Below are positions 55,844 to 57,695 of a stretch of DNA of 57,695 bases, piece by piece (the stretch's first letter is position 1; each line of letters starts with the position of its first letter). The stretch lies in contig JBOHQK010000128.1 in NCBI GenBank assembly GCA_050732195.1, forward strand, positions 1 to 57,695. The letters are read 5' to 3'. A program made the position numbers and the translations under genes. The notes beneath the pieces were generated by a model. That model had not been told where the DNA came from and ran no database searches. It saw only the letters and a program-made list of their open reading frames with translations. Source of the DNA: Candidatus Methylomirabilales bacterium. GTDB taxonomy: Bacteria > Methylomirabilota > Methylomirabilia > Methylomirabilales > JACPAU01.

Positions 55844-56841
55844 CGGCAGAGGTCCAGGTAGGCAAGGTCCAGGCTGAGTGCCCCGTCTCTCCGCCCCCCC
55901 TTCAGCTCGGCGTCCAGGCGGGCGAGCCGCTTCAGGCCCCCCTCCACCCACGCGGGGCTCACCTGGCGAGCCTGCGCCTCAAGGCGCGGCCCCAGGAAGG
56001 GCTGGAGGCCGAGCTCCCGGGCCAGGTCCGGTCCCCGCTTCCCCGCCGCCAGGCCGTCCTGCGCCCTGAGGAGCAGCCGGAGCTGCCGCGCCAGCATGCC
56101 GAGGAGCGCCAGGGGGGGCTCCCCCAGCGCTAACAGACGGCGGCTCAGGTGCAGGGCCGCCTCGAGGTCCCGGGAGGCGACCGCGTCGGTCAGCTCGAAG
56201 ATCCGGCGGACCCGCTCCTCCCCCACCAACGCCTCCACGCTCCCCGCCTCGATCTGCTCCCCCTCCCCGATGAAGAGGGTGAGTTTCTCGAGTTCGGCGG
56301 CCAGGCGCTGGGTCTCCGGCCCAAGGAGGCTCACGAGGAGGCCGGCCGCCTCCGGGGTGAGGCGCTTGCCCAGGCGGAGAGCCTCCTCCCGAAGCCAGGT
56401 CCGGGCCTCCCCCTCCCTGAGGGGGGTGAAGGCCATGGCGACGGCACCCGGGACGCTCTCCGCGAAGCGCTTCGGGGGGCCCTCGAGCCGGTCCCGCTCG
56501 GTGGCCAGGAGCAGGAGGAGGCACGCGCTCTCCGGGGGTGGCGTCAGGGCCGTCCCCAGGGCCGGCCAGGCGGACGCGGGGAGCCGCTCTGCCCCCCGAA
56601 CCAGGACAACCCGGCGCGGGGCGAGGGCGGGAAGGGTGAGGCAGCGGGCCGCGAGGTCGCCCGGGTCCGTCGCATCCCCGTGGAGGACCTCCAGGTTCAG
56701 GTCCCGGAGGCCGGGGGGAAGGAGGCGGGTGAGCAGGGTCTGGACGAAGCGCTCCTTGAGGAGCACCTCGGGCCCATACAACACGTACACCGGGGCCGCC
56801 TGGCCCCGGTCAATTCTGTTCACCTCCGCCTGCTGCCGCAC
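55840..56841 (-). CDS. holA: DNA polymerase III subunit delta
   Basis: PVYVLYGPEVLLKERFV...LEVLHGD...RVVLVRGAE..., and the length and helical C-terminus fit HolA. Adjacency to rpsT is a common arrangement. The start is uncertain (GTG 56841 or GTG 56823); the longer ORF runs into repeat copy B. Confidence 0.7.
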   Translation of the reverse strand: MRQQAEVNRIDRGQAAPVYVLYGPEVLLKERFVQTLLTRLLPPGLRDLNLEVLHGDATDPGDLAARCLTLPALAPRRVVLVRGAERLPASAWPALGTALTPPPESACLLLLLATERDRLEGPPKRFAESVPGAVAMAFTPLREGEARTWLREEALRLGKRLTPEAAGLLVSLLGPETQRLAAELEKLTLFIGEGEQIEAGSVEALVGEERVRRIFELTDAVASRDLEAALHLSRRLLALGEPPLALLGMLARQLRLLLRAQDGLAAGKRGPDLARELGLQPFLGPRLEAQARQVSPAWVEGGLKRLARLDAELKGGRRDGALSLDLAYLDLCR

Positions 56842-56849
56842 CGTCTCCC

Positions 56850-57088
56850 CTAGTGCCGGTCCAAGTCGTGTGGCCCCATCCTGACAGACCGTTCTGCCGC
56901 GGGTCCTGTCGCTGGCGTGCCCCACTCGCGGCTGGGCGTCGTCACCCGCTCAGCCCCTCGCGCAATGCGCTGCATTGCGGCAGGAGGCCGAGGGGGTCCC
57001 ACTCGGCCCGGCCGCTCAGGGGCCGCGCCCGGCGCCACCCGCGGCTCGACTGTAATCCTCGCTGCAATTCGTTGGCCCGGCACGCTAG
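56850..57088 (-). repeat. Copy B of the ~240-nt CTAG-terminated repeat element (inverted relative to copy A)
   Basis: Its reverse complement aligns end to end with 8265-8501. The ends CTAGTGCCGGTCCA (56850-56863) and TTGGCCCGGCACGCTAG (57072-57088) form imperfect terminal inverted repeats. Confidence 0.8.
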
Positions 57089-57177
57089 CCTTCCCGTGAG
57101 CACGAGGTACGATTCGTTGGAGTCACTCTAATCCTTGCCGTCACCGGGGCCTTCCGCTAAGATACCGGCGCCATGGC

Positions 57178-57334
57178 GGGGTGTCCCGCCCCTCGGCCTC
57201 CTGCCGCAATGCAGCGCATTGCGGGAGGGGCTGAGCGGGTGACGACGCCCGGCCGCGAGTGGGGCACGCCGGCGACAGGACCCGCGGCACAACGGTCTGT
57301 CAGGATTGGGCCGCAGTATTTGGCCCGGCACTAG
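57178..57334 (+). repeat. Copy C of the repeat element (5'-truncated or divergent; left boundary uncertain)
   Basis: From about 57190 to 57334 it aligns with the 3' two-thirds of copy A. It ends TTTGGCCCGGCACTAG, and this terminal TAG (read on the minus strand) is the stop codon of the HAD gene. Confidence 0.7.
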
Positions 57335-57695
57335 AGGAGGGCGAGGAGATCAGGTAGCCGCCGGATGGTATGGTCCGGTTGCGGGTCGTTGGGGGCGAGA
57401 GTCGCCCCCTCCCGGTTCACCCAGACTGAGGGCATCCCCACGCCCCGGGCGCCGGCGACGTCAATGCTGAGGCTGTCCCCGACGAAGAGGCCCGCGGCGG
57501 GGGGAATCTGGAGCGCCCGGCAGGCCAGGTGGAAAATCTCGGGACGCGGCTTGCACCACCCCACGTCCGCCGAGATCAGCGCGACCTCGAAGACCCCGTC
57601 GAAGCCGTGGCGCGTGAGCAGTGCCCGGGCCGTCCCGCTGTGGTCGAAGTTGCTGACCAGGCCGAGCCGGTAGCGCGATGCCAGGGTGCGAACCA
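57331..57695 (-). CDS. HAD-superfamily hydrolase (subfamily IA-like), C-terminal part; 5' end lies outside the window
   Basis: The frame is open to the window edge. LVSNFDHSG...FEVALISADVGWCKPRPEIFHLACRALQIPPAAGLFVGDSLSIDVAGARGVGMPSVWV carries HAD motifs III (K) and IV (GDxxxD). Confidence 0.8.
   Translation of the reverse strand, partial: VRTLASRYRLGLVSNFDHSGTARALLTRHGFDGVFEVALISADVGWCKPRPEIFHLACRALQIPPAAGLFVGDSLSIDVAGARGVGMPSVWVNREGATLAPNDPQPDHTIRRLPDLLALL

Overview
Very GC-rich (about two-thirds G+C by eye, not computed) chromosomal segment of a diderm bacterium, densely packed with housekeeping genes. I found no rRNA genes, CRISPR array, transposase or prophage genes. The plus-strand block (1-39884) holds a secretin 3' end, three secreted or hypothetical proteins, and aroC, a fused aroK-aroB, a TPR protein, a Roadblock/LC7 protein, aroQ, efp, accB and accC. 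It continues with thiE, tsaC, a Liv-type branched-chain amino-acid ABC operon, rel and recG (rpmB lies between them on the minus strand), rsmD, coaD, an aminotransferase, and two tandem Dpp/Opp-type ABC cassettes sharing one ATPase pair. It ends with miaB, a SPOR protein, HU, MerR, tRNA-Pro(GGG), surE, pcm, tRNA-Pro(CGG), a LOG-like protein, apt, tRNA-Arg(CCT) and a TPR membrane protein. The minus-strand block (40245-55463) holds murJ, ilvBNC, miaA, aroA, cmk, plsC, rpsA, sppA and ihfB, then a class III nucleotidyl cyclase with a large uncharacterised N-terminal region, a HIT protein and a DUF151-type nuclease. After it come rpsT, holA and a HAD hydrolase fragment. Four things stand out. (1) A ~240-nt GC-rich, CTAG-terminated, inverted-repeat-ended element occurs three times: it splits accB and accC, and forms a head-to-head pair between holA and the HAD gene. 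(2) A 28-nt dif-like XerC/XerD site sits exactly where gene orientation switches from plus to minus, suggesting a replication terminus. (3) The cyclase, HIT and nuclease genes form a tightly linked trio. (4) Short AT-rich islands, some inside coding sequence, each carry a sigma70-like -35/-10 pair. All functional calls come from reading the translations and motifs by eye; no database search was run.
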